From IMG/VR virus record IMGVR_UViG_3300048575_000062, positions 1-43,878 of that record: a stretch of 43,878 bases of DNA. One strand, given 5' to 3'. The position numbers were made by a program, and so were the translations under genes. Positions 26,852 to 36,900 of this stretch are shown here, in pieces. Position 1 is the first letter of the stretch; every line of letters starts with the position of its first letter. The notes below the pieces were generated by a model. It did no database searches and was not told where the DNA came from. It saw only the letters and a program-made list of their open reading frames with translations. This DNA is from a virus (Duplodnaviria; Caudoviricetes).

Positions 26852-27145
26852 ATGAGAATATTTACAGAACAAGCTTTAAAAGAATATGCAGAGAATCACC
26901 CTGATTCAAAGGTGGCTTTGCAAGAATGGACTATGATTGTTAAGAAGAGTGAGTGGGCTTGTTTTGCTGATGTCAAGAAAACCTTTAATAGTGTTGACAA
27001 TGTAGGTAATCAGCACTATGTTTTCAATATCAAAGGCAACAATTATCGCTTAGTAGTCGTTATAAAATTTACTGTAAAGTTTGTATATGTTCGTTTTATT
27101 GGTACTCATAAAGAATATGATAAAATAGATTGCGCTAATATTTAG
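26852..27145 (+). CDS. higB: HigB toxin (RelE superfamily)
   Basis: VFNIKGNNYRLVV...FIGTHKEYDKID; promoter TATCTTTG 26822-26829. Confidence 0.93.
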   Translation: MRIFTEQALKEYAENHPDSKVALQEWTMIVKKSEWACFADVKKTFNSVDNVGNQHYVFNIKGNNYRLVVVIKFTVKFVYVRFIGTHKEYDKIDCANI

Positions 27146-27150
27146 AGCTT

Positions 27151-27516
27151 ATGACAAAGATAGAAAATCAAGCCCAATATGAATGGGCAGTGAAAAGAGT
27201 AGAGGAGCTTCTTCCATTAGTGAAAGATGATACCCCTTTGAATGATCCTAACAGCATAGAGTTAGAGCTTCTTTCCAATCTTGTTGCTGATTACTCAGAG
27301 GAGCACTTTGCTATTGGAGAGCCTTCATTAGTGGATGTTCTCAAACTTCGTATGTTTGAAATGGATCTGAATCAGAAATCTCTATCTAAGTTGATTGGCG
27401 TTAGCCCTTCACGTCTTAGTGATTATATTTCTGGCAAATGTGAACCGACATTGAAAGTTGCTCGTGAGATTAGTCGAAAGTTGAATATTGATGCTAATAT
27501 CGTGTTAGGGGTATGA
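27151..27516 (+). CDS. higA: HigA antitoxin (XRE HTH)
   Basis: ELELLSNLVADY; LNQKSLSKLIGVSPSRLSDYISG. Confidence 0.92.
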   Translation: MTKIENQAQYEWAVKRVEELLPLVKDDTPLNDPNSIELELLSNLVADYSEEHFAIGEPSLVDVLKLRMFEMDLNQKSLSKLIGVSPSRLSDYISGKCEPTLKVAREISRKLNIDANIVLGV

Positions 27517-27875
27517 TAGATATTAAAGAACTAAGAATAGGGAACTATGTCTTTCCTAAAAATTCTAGTGGAGCAAAATCTGTAAAAGGAGTAGTGTTCG
27601 CTATTGATGATTATTTAGTAAGTGTGGAAGGAAATCATAACCAATATGATTATCATCTTCTTGAACCCATACCTCTCACAGAGGAACTGCTTTTTAAGTG
27701 CGGTTTTGAGAAAAAACCATTTGGTAGTACTACGGTTTATTATAATCCATTGATTGAACTTGATGCACATTTTCGCTTAAACAGGGTTGACTATAATATA
27801 CAGGTACAATCTTTGCATCAGCTTCAAAATCTATACTTTGATTTGACGGGGCAAGAGATTGAAGTCGATTTGTAA
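27513..27875 (+). CDS. Hypothetical phage protein (YopX-like possible)
   Basis: ELRIGN...EPIPLTEELL...LHQLQNLYF. Confidence 0.7.
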   Translation: MIDIKELRIGNYVFPKNSSGAKSVKGVVFAIDDYLVSVEGNHNQYDYHLLEPIPLTEELLFKCGFEKKPFGSTTVYYNPLIELDAHFRLNRVDYNIQVQSLHQLQNLYFDLTGQEIEVDL

Positions 27876-27877
27876 TC

Positions 27878-28573
27878 ATGGAAGAATTAATAAGAAAATT
27901 TATTGGTTTCTTTGAAAGTGATAGGATCTCTGTGTCTCGCAAGATAGCTATTCCACTATTGATGGTGCTAGTTGTTTTTTTATTAGACAATGCCTTGGGG
28001 ATTTCATATTACTGGATAAATAAAATGGAAATTGATTATATTGTTAGAGCTGAGGAAGCAAAAGCAATATGTGAATCTGATTCTATTATTCTGTCCCATC
28101 TCAATGATAAAATAGAGAAGGCTATCAATAGAAAAAATGCATTCCAGTGGTTTGCTTCGTTATTTGAAAATGCTAATATTGAAAAGAATGAAGAAGTAAG
28201 TGTTACAAATTCCGATAGGAATATATTATCTGTAATAGGAAAATGGTTTCCGGAACTTGAGAGAAATCAAATGTGGCACACTATAACATCATCTCTTCTG
28301 TGGGTTATTTTATTTGCGATATTATTATTATTCTCAATATTTGTTCCGTTTATTGTTGAAAAAGATAAGGTTGCCACTAGTATTGGAGTTATATTGGGAC
28401 TTGGGTGACTGGCTTTTTTGATTTGGATAACTCAATGGCTTTTTGGCTTAATTCCAGTTTTATTTAATCGAGCATATATAAATTATATTCTGCAATTAGG
28501 ATTAAATCTTATTCCAATAGTCGCTTTAACTATTGGCTCTATCAAAGAAGAAAAGATGAAGAAAATATCATAA
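27878..28573 (+). pseudogene. Multi-TM membrane protein with internal TGA at 28406-28408
   Basis: Frame continues 54 hydrophobic codons (LAFLIWITQW...) to TAA 28573. Confidence 0.7.
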
Positions 28574-28594
28574 TAAATTCAGAATTTTTAAAAT

Positions 28595-28633
28595 AAAAAA
28601 AGGCGTGATTCCACTCGGTTTCACGCCTTTTTT
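28595..28633 (+). terminator. Intrinsic terminator closing moron island
   Basis: AAAAAAGGCGTGA...TCACGCCTTTTTT. Confidence 0.85.
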
Positions 28634-28639
28634 CTTTAA

Positions 28640-28664
28640 TAACGCACCTTTCCCTACTTGTTAG
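28640..28664 (+). promoter_or_regulatory. Late-promoter upstream motif, copy 2
   Basis: TAACGCACCTTT-N6-TTGTTAG. Confidence 0.6.
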
Positions 28665-28755
28665 CTTTCCCACCTCTAAAAAATTCCCACAGCAATACAC
28701 TATAAGTACTTTTATACCACTGAATTTCAATTTAACAATTTAATATTCATACGGT

Positions 28756-29388
28756 ATGAAAGAAAAAATCTTAGCAGCATTGAAAACGAAATTTGTCGGT
28801 GTCGATGATGCTATTCTTGACCGGATAGCGACCAAGAAAGCTGAAGGTCTAACGGACGAAAGCCAAATACCTGCCATTGTGGAGGGAGTTAGTTTTTCGT
28901 ACGTGTTGACAAGTTACGGTGATTTCCGTGCCGGGGATGCTACTCAATCAGCAATCAGAAACTATGAGAAGAAGCATAACCTTAAAGACGGTAAGCCAAT
29001 CGAGAATGCCAGTCCTAATCCACAACCAGAAGAAAAGAAAGATGATGTTCCCGCATGGGCACAGGTGTTGATTGAGTCCAATAAGGTTCTCTCAACTGAA
29101 CTTTCTACTTTGAAGCAAGAGAAGTTGCAGGCCACACGCCAAGAGCAGATTCTTGCAAAGGCAAAGGAGTATGGTATTCCTGAGAATTACGCTAAGAGAT
29201 GCGCCATTAAAGAAGATGAGGACTTGGATGTCTATTTCAAGGACTTGAAACAAGACTTTGCTAATGACGGATTCAAAGGCGTACAAGCTCCCGAAACACC
29301 GGAGCAAAAGCTTGAGAAAGAAAGTACCGAAATCGCCAATATGATTAATAAAGGTACTGAAGAGATTGTAGAACAAAACAAAAAGTAA
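28756..29388 (+). CDS. Capsid scaffold protein
   Basis: Position, helical and charged composition. Confidence 0.7.
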   Translation: MKEKILAALKTKFVGVDDAILDRIATKKAEGLTDESQIPAIVEGVSFSYVLTSYGDFRAGDATQSAIRNYEKKHNLKDGKPIENASPNPQPEEKKDDVPAWAQVLIESNKVLSTELSTLKQEKLQATRQEQILAKAKEYGIPENYAKRCAIKEDEDLDVYFKDLKQDFANDGFKGVQAPETPEQKLEKESTEIANMINKGTEEIVEQNKK

Positions 29389-29390
29389 CA

Positions 29391-29978
29391 ATGAGTGCAG
29401 GATTTAAGTACAACTTAACCCCAGAGCCATCGATAGAGGAAAGATACGATGTAAGTACGGGTATTCGTCGTAGAGGGCCGTATAAACTCGATACGACAAA
29501 TCTGAACGTAGGGGATGTTCTTCCTTCATTTATTCCAATAGCTGCCGATTTGAAATACAAGACATGCAAGGTAGTGAGAAACGTGAAGGTGGTAGAAGCC
29601 TATACCTCGGGAGGCACGAGCCTTAAAATCCAGAAGGGATCTTATGCTTATTCTGGTATGTTTTTAGGTAATGGAACTAAAGGTACCACAGTTTCAGGAG
29701 TTGATAAGTCGAATTCTGATTATGATGTGTTGACCATATCAGACTTTGGTACCAGCATCGCAAAAAATGCCGTTCTTTTCGAGGCTAGTGAAGTTGGCGG
29801 AACAACCCCTAAGAACGTTGCAAATTCAGCTCTTTATGAGAGCAGGAAAGTAGAGGATGGTATCAATCTGGTTGCGCTGTTATCGGCAGCTCGTGAGATT
29901 GAACCGGATAAGTTGGTAGTTCCTTTCTCCGATACGGACAAAGCGAATTTGGGTAAAGATTTTCAATTTAACGAATAG
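29391..29978 (+). CDS. Head decoration-like protein
   Basis: Between scaffold and capsid genes. Confidence 0.6.
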   Translation: MSAGFKYNLTPEPSIEERYDVSTGIRRRGPYKLDTTNLNVGDVLPSFIPIAADLKYKTCKVVRNVKVVEAYTSGGTSLKIQKGSYAYSGMFLGNGTKGTTVSGVDKSNSDYDVLTISDFGTSIAKNAVLFEASEVGGTTPKNVANSALYESRKVEDGINLVALLSAAREIEPDKLVVPFSDTDKANLGKDFQFNE

Positions 29979-29990
29979 GAGGATTAAGAT

Positions 29991-31091
29991 ATGATGTTGA
30001 CTATTGAAACTCTTTTTAATGATGCGAATATAATCTCCGCTATCATTAATCGTGTCTCTCAGACGAGAGACGATAAGATATACTGGCAGCAGTATCTTGA
30101 CTTCCGTCGTACTACTACACGTGTGTTCAAGGACTATATAGGTTCTGTAACTGGGGTCATGGCCGGTTCTATCAATTCACGCTATGGTGAGAAACCTATC
30201 CGTGAACGTCGGAACATCGGTTCTGGGTATGGTGAAATAGCCTATCTTGGTGATGCCTACCAAATATCAATTGACCGTTTGTCTGAGTTACAGGATCTGA
30301 TTGATAAATTCAACGCAGCCAAACCCGCTAATCAAAATACTGCTTTGAATGAGATTATCAATTTCGTTTATGATGATTTCCGTCAGGTGATGTTGGCAGC
30401 TCACAAGCGTATGGACTTGGTTGTAGGTTCTTTGTTGATGACGGGTTCTGCAAATGTGAAGAACAAAGATAATCGCTCAGACATAAACACTCCGGATGTG
30501 TTAGAAATTGATCTTCCGTTCAAATTTATCACTCCCGAAGCCGCTGTAGCAGATAAGCTTATTTCTTATCTGCAAACACAGATCAATTCTTTAAAGCCTC
30601 AATACGGTGCGTTTCAAAAGATGGTTATGTCTCGTGGAACGTTCGTTAAGTATATCGTGGGCAGTCCCGAATTAGGAGATAAATTCAAGATGATTCTTGG
30701 GCAGCGTGAAGTCATGGCAAGTGCCGCTTTGGTTACTTCCGATCTTGCATCGCAAGTGTTCACTGGCATTGGGCTTCCTGCTATTGATATTAAGGAAGAT
30801 TACGTTGAGGATCAGCAAGGTATTAACCATCAGGTTTATGCCGATGGTCGTATAACTCTGCTTCGTCAGGATAAAATCGGATATATGCGCTTCCATACTC
30901 CGTATGAGGCTACCGATCCCATACCAGGACGTGCTTATACACAATCAGACGGGAACATGCTTATCTCGCAATACAGGGATAAAAATGGGCGTTATCTGGA
31001 GTACACAGCCGAGTGGATTCCGCAGATTAGTAATCCTACGCGGATTGTGAACTTTGATTTATCACTTATTAATGCAGTTCAGGAGGGCTAA
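29991..31091 (+). CDS. Major capsid protein
   Basis: 366 aa, position in head module. Confidence 0.8.
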   Translation: MMLTIETLFNDANIISAIINRVSQTRDDKIYWQQYLDFRRTTTRVFKDYIGSVTGVMAGSINSRYGEKPIRERRNIGSGYGEIAYLGDAYQISIDRLSELQDLIDKFNAAKPANQNTALNEIINFVYDDFRQVMLAAHKRMDLVVGSLLMTGSANVKNKDNRSDINTPDVLEIDLPFKFITPEAAVADKLISYLQTQINSLKPQYGAFQKMVMSRGTFVKYIVGSPELGDKFKMILGQREVMASAALVTSDLASQVFTGIGLPAIDIKEDYVEDQQGINHQVYADGRITLLRQDKIGYMRFHTPYEATDPIPGRAYTQSDGNMLISQYRDKNGRYLEYTAEWIPQISNPTRIVNFDLSLINAVQEG

Positions 31092-31093
31092 AG

Positions 31094-31423
31094 ATGAAAG
31101 TAAAAGTTATTGGTATTTTTCGTGATAAGTTCACCAAAGAACTGTATCAGGTTGGCACAGAGCTTGAGATGACTGATGAGGATCGTGTAAAAGACTTAGT
31201 GTCTCGTGGTCTGGTTGAAGCTCTTGAAGAGAAGAAAGAAGAGAAATCCATTCTTTCTCTCTTTGAACAGGAGTTTGAGAAAAAAGCAGTTGTTGATGCA
31301 TTGAAGGCTATAGGTGAAAAAGCAACGATGAACATGAAAGGGGAAACTCTGATTGCAAATATTGTCGCTTTGGATGAAGAGAAGACAATGACTCTAAAAA
31401 CAGCTTTGGGAATTGAAGCATGA
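31094..31423 (+). CDS. Head-associated hypothetical protein
   Basis: FRDK.T..LY.VG...RV..L...GLV pattern after capsid gene. Confidence 0.65.
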   Translation: MKVKVIGIFRDKFTKELYQVGTELEMTDEDRVKDLVSRGLVEALEEKKEEKSILSLFEQEFEKKAVVDALKAIGEKATMNMKGETLIANIVALDEEKTMTLKTALGIEA

Positions 31424-31722
31424 TAGTAGGTGACTACATAAAACAAAAGTTTCAGACCTTCGGCATTCAGTTGTCGGAGGCTGACCTTTTGGATATTTCT
31501 CTTGAAGTGGATGATGAAGTAACCGAAGATAATAAGCTGAAAATCAGTGTGTCGATTGCGAAGTTTATTCCTTCTCTCTTACTCCGTGCGCAGTCCATCT
31601 CAGAAAGCGGGTTTTCAATGTCTTGGAACATTCAGGGCGTTAAGGACTACTATTCATGGGCTTGCAAAGAGTACGGATTAAAGGATGAGTTAAGCAATAA
31701 ACCTAAAGTAACATTCTTATGA
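31420..31722 (+). CDS. Head-tail adaptor
   Basis: ISESGFSMSW motif; synteny. Confidence 0.65.
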   Translation: MIVGDYIKQKFQTFGIQLSEADLLDISLEVDDEVTEDNKLKISVSIAKFIPSLLLRAQSISESGFSMSWNIQGVKDYYSWACKEYGLKDELSNKPKVTFL

Positions 31723-32042
31723 TTTTTTCCCCTCATATATTGCAAGTTAAAGTCATTACCAAACCAAAAAAGGATGAGTTTGGCAGACCTATTCCAAATA
31801 CAGGTAGAGAAGATTGGGAAACGGTATGCGGATGTCGGTGCGATGATAACACTACAAAAGAGTTTACCTCTGATAATGGTTCTGTGTTCAGGCCAAACTA
31901 TCACGTTGTATGCGAGAAGAAGGTTTCTCTGAAAGCGGGTGATGAAGTGAGATGCCTAGATGGCGAAACGGTGAGGGCATGTGGGACGATTTACACTGTG
32001 AAATCTACAAATTATTTTAATTATTCAGAGTTATGGATGTAA
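31719..32042 (+). CDS. Head closure protein
   Basis: DEFGRP motif; synteny. Confidence 0.6.
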   Translation: MIFSPHILQVKVITKPKKDEFGRPIPNTGREDWETVCGCRCDDNTTKEFTSDNGSVFRPNYHVVCEKKVSLKAGDEVRCLDGETVRACGTIYTVKSTNYFNYSELWM

Positions 32043-32329
32043 ATTTTGACTTTTCAGATGTGGCTTCTTGGTTTGATGACGAGAAATCCCGTGTTCTTGC
32101 AAAAGAGCGTGAGATAGCTAATGAATCAGTTCAATACGCTAAAGATAACGGTAGTTATCAAGATCGTACAGGCGTTCTAAGAGCATCCAATGAGGGAGAA
32201 GTTGACGAAGAGGGGATATTGCTGAAGAATGAAACAGAATATGCTTCATATGTGGAATCCAAAGAGTTTGATGTTTTAAGTGGTGCCGCTCTACATGCGG
32301 AAAAACGAGCTAAAGAAGAATTTGAATAG
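32033..32329 (+). CDS. HK97 gp10-like neck protein
   Basis: DRTGVLRAS...EYASYVE. Confidence 0.7.
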   Translation: MDVNFDFSDVASWFDDEKSRVLAKEREIANESVQYAKDNGSYQDRTGVLRASNEGEVDEEGILLKNETEYASYVESKEFDVLSGAALHAEKRAKEEFE

Positions 32330-32722
32330 ATGATAGTAAGTAGCGACATAGCGAACATCCTTTATCGTGATTGCAAGGCTTTCGGGATTGATAGAGTACC
32401 TGACGGAGAAACTCTTACGGGCGAGATTACAACCGAAAGAATTGTCATTCATGCCAAGAAGCAAGAAGCGGGTACTTATTGGAAGAAAGGTTTTGTAGAG
32501 GTGAACCTATGTGTTCCTGATTCAAGCAAGAATTCCGCTAATTCCACCCGTTTGGGCGAACTTGAAAGACAAGCTCAAGAACTGCTGGATGATGTGGTAA
32601 GTTCTTACGACGGTACTACCTATCGCTATGGAATTTCTTCTATCGGGCGAGAGCAAGACGCTTATTTGAAGTGTCATTATGTAAATGTAAGAATTTTGTT
32701 TGAAGTTTTAAATGTGAAATAA
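32330..32722 (+). CDS. Tail completion protein
   Basis: Synteny and size. Confidence 0.6.
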   Translation: MIVSSDIANILYRDCKAFGIDRVPDGETLTGEITTERIVIHAKKQEAGTYWKKGFVEVNLCVPDSSKNSANSTRLGELERQAQELLDDVVSSYDGTTYRYGISSIGREQDAYLKCHYVNVRILFEVLNVK

Positions 32723-32724
32723 TT

Positions 32725-33267
32725 ATGAGTAAGAAGTTTATCGGAATTAAAAGGTTATGGTATGCTGATCCTATAACTAGTATTGCAGGGACTTCCTTAA
32801 CCGGTGCTGAAATTAAAACTCTATTAGCTAAAGAAACTACCAAAGAAGTTAAGAATTCCCATCAGGATACATGGGGATATACGGAAGATGATCCATCTGT
32901 TACGAATTACATAAATGAGTTGACAGGCCAGATCTATTATAAGGATATAACCCAAGCCGGAGCCGTGTCTATCGCTTTCACTTTAGGTGAATATGAATAT
33001 GCAGACAAGGCAGCCTTGCAGGGTGGTACGGCCACTACAACAGGCTGGGACAGGGGAGACGTTCAGAATATCAACAAATGTATCATTGCTCAAACCAAGA
33101 GCGGAAATTACATTGTATTTCCAAACGCCTCTATTGTGGGCAAAGGGAATTTTGTCGAGAAGAATATCGGTTTAGGAGTAACGGCCGTTGCCATGGAAAC
33201 TGGTGTTGCCAATTTAGCTGCCGAGGTATGGAGAGATCAAGCAGAAGTAGAGGCCGTAGAGGGGTAA
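32725..33267 (+). CDS. Major tail tube protein
   Basis: Synteny, followed by terminator. Confidence 0.75.
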   Translation: MSKKFIGIKRLWYADPITSIAGTSLTGAEIKTLLAKETTKEVKNSHQDTWGYTEDDPSVTNYINELTGQIYYKDITQAGAVSIAFTLGEYEYADKAALQGGTATTTGWDRGDVQNINKCIIAQTKSGNYIVFPNASIVGKGNFVEKNIGLGVTAVAMETGVANLAAEVWRDQAEVEAVEG

Positions 33268-33293
33268 TATAAGGTAGAAAGATTGTATAACGT

Positions 33294-33330
33294 AAAGGGT
33301 GGAGTGGGTGATACCACCCCATCCTTTTTT
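33294..33330 (+). terminator. Intrinsic terminator after tail tube gene
   Basis: AAAGGGTGGAGTGG...CCACCCCATCCTTTTTT. Confidence 0.75.
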
Positions 33331-33343
33331 AATTTAAAATCGT

Positions 33344-33760
33344 ATGAATGAAGCTGCTAAACTAGTATCTGACAGCGTGTTAGGTGAAGATTTTATCACT
33401 ATAAAAATCGGAAAGAAGGCCTATACAGTCTATCCTCCGGCAATAAAAACGCTTTGTCGGGCTGTTTCCGAGTTTTCAAAGATAGGCATGGATGGAGAAT
33501 ACAATCAGTTAACCGTTTTAGCGGAACTACCAGAAAACGCACCTCATATAATTAAGGGCATTTCTACTTTGATTGTAGGTGACGTGAAGTGTTGGCGTTG
33601 GAAATCTCACAGGGTAGGAAAGACTCTTAAGTCATTAAACCTTCACGAATTAAAGAAAGTAATTGAAGATGTTCTTCCACTGTTAGGAGGAGATGCTTTT
33701 TTCGCCTGTGCCGCTTCTCTGAAGTCCATGTCAAAGATAGCGGCACATCCCAAGTTGTAG
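33344..33760 (+). CDS. Tail assembly chaperone (G-like)
   Basis: Between tail tube and tape measure; slippery site near end. Confidence 0.75.
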   Translation: MNEAAKLVSDSVLGEDFITIKIGKKAYTVYPPAIKTLCRAVSEFSKIGMDGEYNQLTVLAELPENAPHIIKGISTLIVGDVKCWRWKSHRVGKTLKSLNLHELKKVIEDVLPLLGGDAFFACAASLKSMSKIAAHPKL

Positions 33761-33954
33761 GTAATGATACACTTTTAGGGCAGATAGCCTCTTTTATGGA
33801 AAATCTTCATTTAAACTATAAAGAAGTGATTGAAGTAATACCTTATAGAAATCTCATTATCATGCAGAAAGATAAACTTCATACTTTAAGTGGTGAGGTG
33901 ATGGAAGAAGTGTCAGAAGAAGAGTATTTTAAGAATAAATCAAAAAGTAGATAG
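33697..33954 (+). CDS. -1 frameshift extension of tail chaperone (GT-like)
   Basis: T-TTT-TTC at 33697-33703; -1 frame open to TAG 33954. Confidence 0.8.
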   Translation, partial: FFRLCRFSEVHVKDSGTSQVVGNDTLLGQIASFMENLHLNYKEVIEVIPYRNLIIMQKDKLHTLSGEVMEEVSEEEYFKNKSKSR

Positions 33955-33956
33955 AT

Positions 33957-36900
33957 ATGCCTAAATTATACTTTCGTGTAGAATCAGACTGGGAAAAAGT
34001 TCTAAGACTTCGTGAAGAGATTGTTAAGTTAGAATCTCAATTAAAGTCGATGGATGCCAATAAAGCACCTGCAGCAGTGGCAACGTTAAACAGACAGATT
34101 AACGAGGCTCAATCACAACTCAAGGGAATGGTCAGCGAGGCTGCAAAAAAGGCTGTGGTGATGGATGGAGATTTTAAAAGTAAGATATATAAAGGCTCTC
34201 AGGCTGTTAATGATTTCACGCAAAAAATAATCAACCAGAAAGCAGTAGTCAAGGATGTAGAGGCTGATGTAAGACGGCTTACCGATGCTTATCGCTCCGT
34301 CCGTATGAACCCTTTAAAGGCAGGCAATGCGCTAGGTGAACTAAACGCAGCCAAACGAGCACTCAACGAAGAGAGGTCGGCTCTGTTTGACCTTACTCAA
34401 CAACAAGCTAATGCTAGATTGTCTGTAAGGAAGCTAAAAGATGAATATGCTCTTTATAGTACTCAGGTAAAAGACTCAACATCCTCAATATTCTCACTAG
34501 GAAAAGCATTGGGTATTATCGGTGGAGTGGCGACTCTTAAACAACTAGGCTCAAAAATACTAGATGTTCGCAGTCAGTTCCGTTCTGCAGAAGTATCACT
34601 AGAGACAATAGTAGGCGAAGAGCAAGCGAAAAAACTCTTATCTAAGAATAAACAGTATGCCAAAATATCTTCTTTGGAGTTCATGGATATACAATCCTCA
34701 ACGGAGATGATGATAGGCTTTAATATTGAAGCCGAGAAGGTGCCTAGATACATAGAGGCTATTGGGGATATATCAAGGGGAAACAGCCAGAAATTTCAGT
34801 CTCTTTCGTTGGCCTTTAGTCAGATGTCGGCAGCGGGTAAGCTCATGGGACAGGACTTGAATCAGATGATTAATGCCGGTTTCAACCCGCTACAATTTAT
34901 AGCAGAGAAGACGGGCAAAACAATTGCGCAACTCAAAGACGAGATGTCAAAAGGTGCTATCTCCGCAGAGATGGTACAGCAAGCATTTATCGATGCCACA
35001 AGTGCAGGAGGAAAATTCTATGGCATGTCACAGAAGCAAAGTGAAGAGGTAGCCGGACAGATGTCTATCCTTTCAGATACAATCTCAAACAAATTGAATG
35101 AGATTGGAGAAAGCAATGAAGGGCTTATAAAAGCAGGAATCAAGGGAGCTACTGCTTTAGTCAATAACTATGAAGAGATTGGTAAAGCTATCACTATTCT
35201 GATAACAACTTATGGTACGTATAAAACCGCTCTGGTGTTGAGTACCCTATTGGAAGAGGGAGGTAGCAAGGCGTTATGGGGTAAGATAGCAGCTACGAAG
35301 GCAGCTACAGTCGCACAGGCCACTTACAACAAGGTTTTATTAATGAATCCTTATGTGGCCGTTACGGCTGGGGTAGTAGCTCTAGGAGTAGCTTTATATA
35401 CCTTGAGCGATTCAACAAGCGCACAAGAAAAGGAATACAAAAAACTGATAGACAGACAAGAAAAATATGATAAATATTTAGAAAACGAGAAAAGAAGGAT
35501 AGATGATTTATTGTCAATTTTACAAGACGAGCTATCTACCAGAGAAGCCAAACTTAAAGCCTTTAACGAACTTCAAAAAATATCTCCATCTGTTTTTGGC
35601 ACGTATGAAACAGAGAAGCAACTTGTAGATAACTTAACAGAAGCGAGGAAAAAAGAGAACGAACAACTTCTTATAAAGCAAAAAATGATGACCTCATATA
35701 ATCAGATCAATGATATAAATAGTCTGAAAGGTCTTAAAAGATTGCAAGAATTAGAGCGTGTTGGTGAAGCTGGCAGGATAAGGCAGGGTACGCAGGCTGA
35801 ATATCAGTCGCTGTATCAGCAGTTTAATATAAAGCGAGACAAAGGGGCATTTGAAACTGATGCAGAGGTGATAAAAGGTAAAATCAGGGCTATCACATCC
35901 ATAATTGGAGCTGATCAAGAAAAGATGCGTCAATCTCAACAAATAGCATGGGCTTTATCACTGGAAGGAATGACTAAAGAGTCTGCAAAGGCCTATCTGA
36001 AAATGTACGAAGGGTATAGGATAATATTAAGAGATTCAGGTAAGGAATGGCTTCAGATACAAGGTGAAGAGGCACCATTAACAGATAAAATGTTAGTAAG
36101 TAGAATCCAATCTCTTAATGATAAAATTATAAATATCGAAGAGAAATCAGCCAAAGATTATATCAATGAAGCTAAGTCTGCATGGGATAAGGCTAAAAAA
36201 GATGTAGAGGATATAAAAACATCCGCTAAAACATATACATCGGCAGATCAGTATGAGAAAGAGCTTAAAAAGGCAGATGATGCAGAAAAGGCAGCAAAAG
36301 AACGGTATGAAAAACTAGGCGGCAGTACTACTAAGAAAGAGACTGAATCCGAGAAGCTAAGGAAAGAGACGGAAAAGTATAACGTTCTCCTCACTAAGCA
36401 AGCCTTAGAGGAAAAACGAAGAGCCGAAGACTTACAAATGTCAGTTGTAGAAGATCGTATTAAAGCAATGGATGAAGGCTCAAAAAAAACAATCGCTCAA
36501 ATGGAATACAACTTCGAAAAGGAGATGCAGACCATTGACAGAGAAAAAGAGGATGCTCTAAGAAGGAAGATAGAAGATGCGCGCGCTGCTTTTGAAGCCA
36601 ATCCTAAGAATAAAGGCAAATCTTTTGATTCATCAGGCATCACTTTATCCGATAAAGATATTGAGATGTACGACAGTCGTTATAAGTCAGCCATATTGAG
36701 TTTTGAGAAAGAACAGGCTGCTTTCAAGCAGAGATCAAAAGATTCATGGAATGACTACCTCAAAGAATGGGGTACAGTGATGGAGAAAAGGAAAGCTATT
36801 ACAGAGTCTTATTCTGATAAAATTGCTAAAGCAGAAACAGATGGCGAAAAGGAGTCTCTTAAAAAGCAGATGCAAGAAGAACTGTCTAACATCGACCTTA

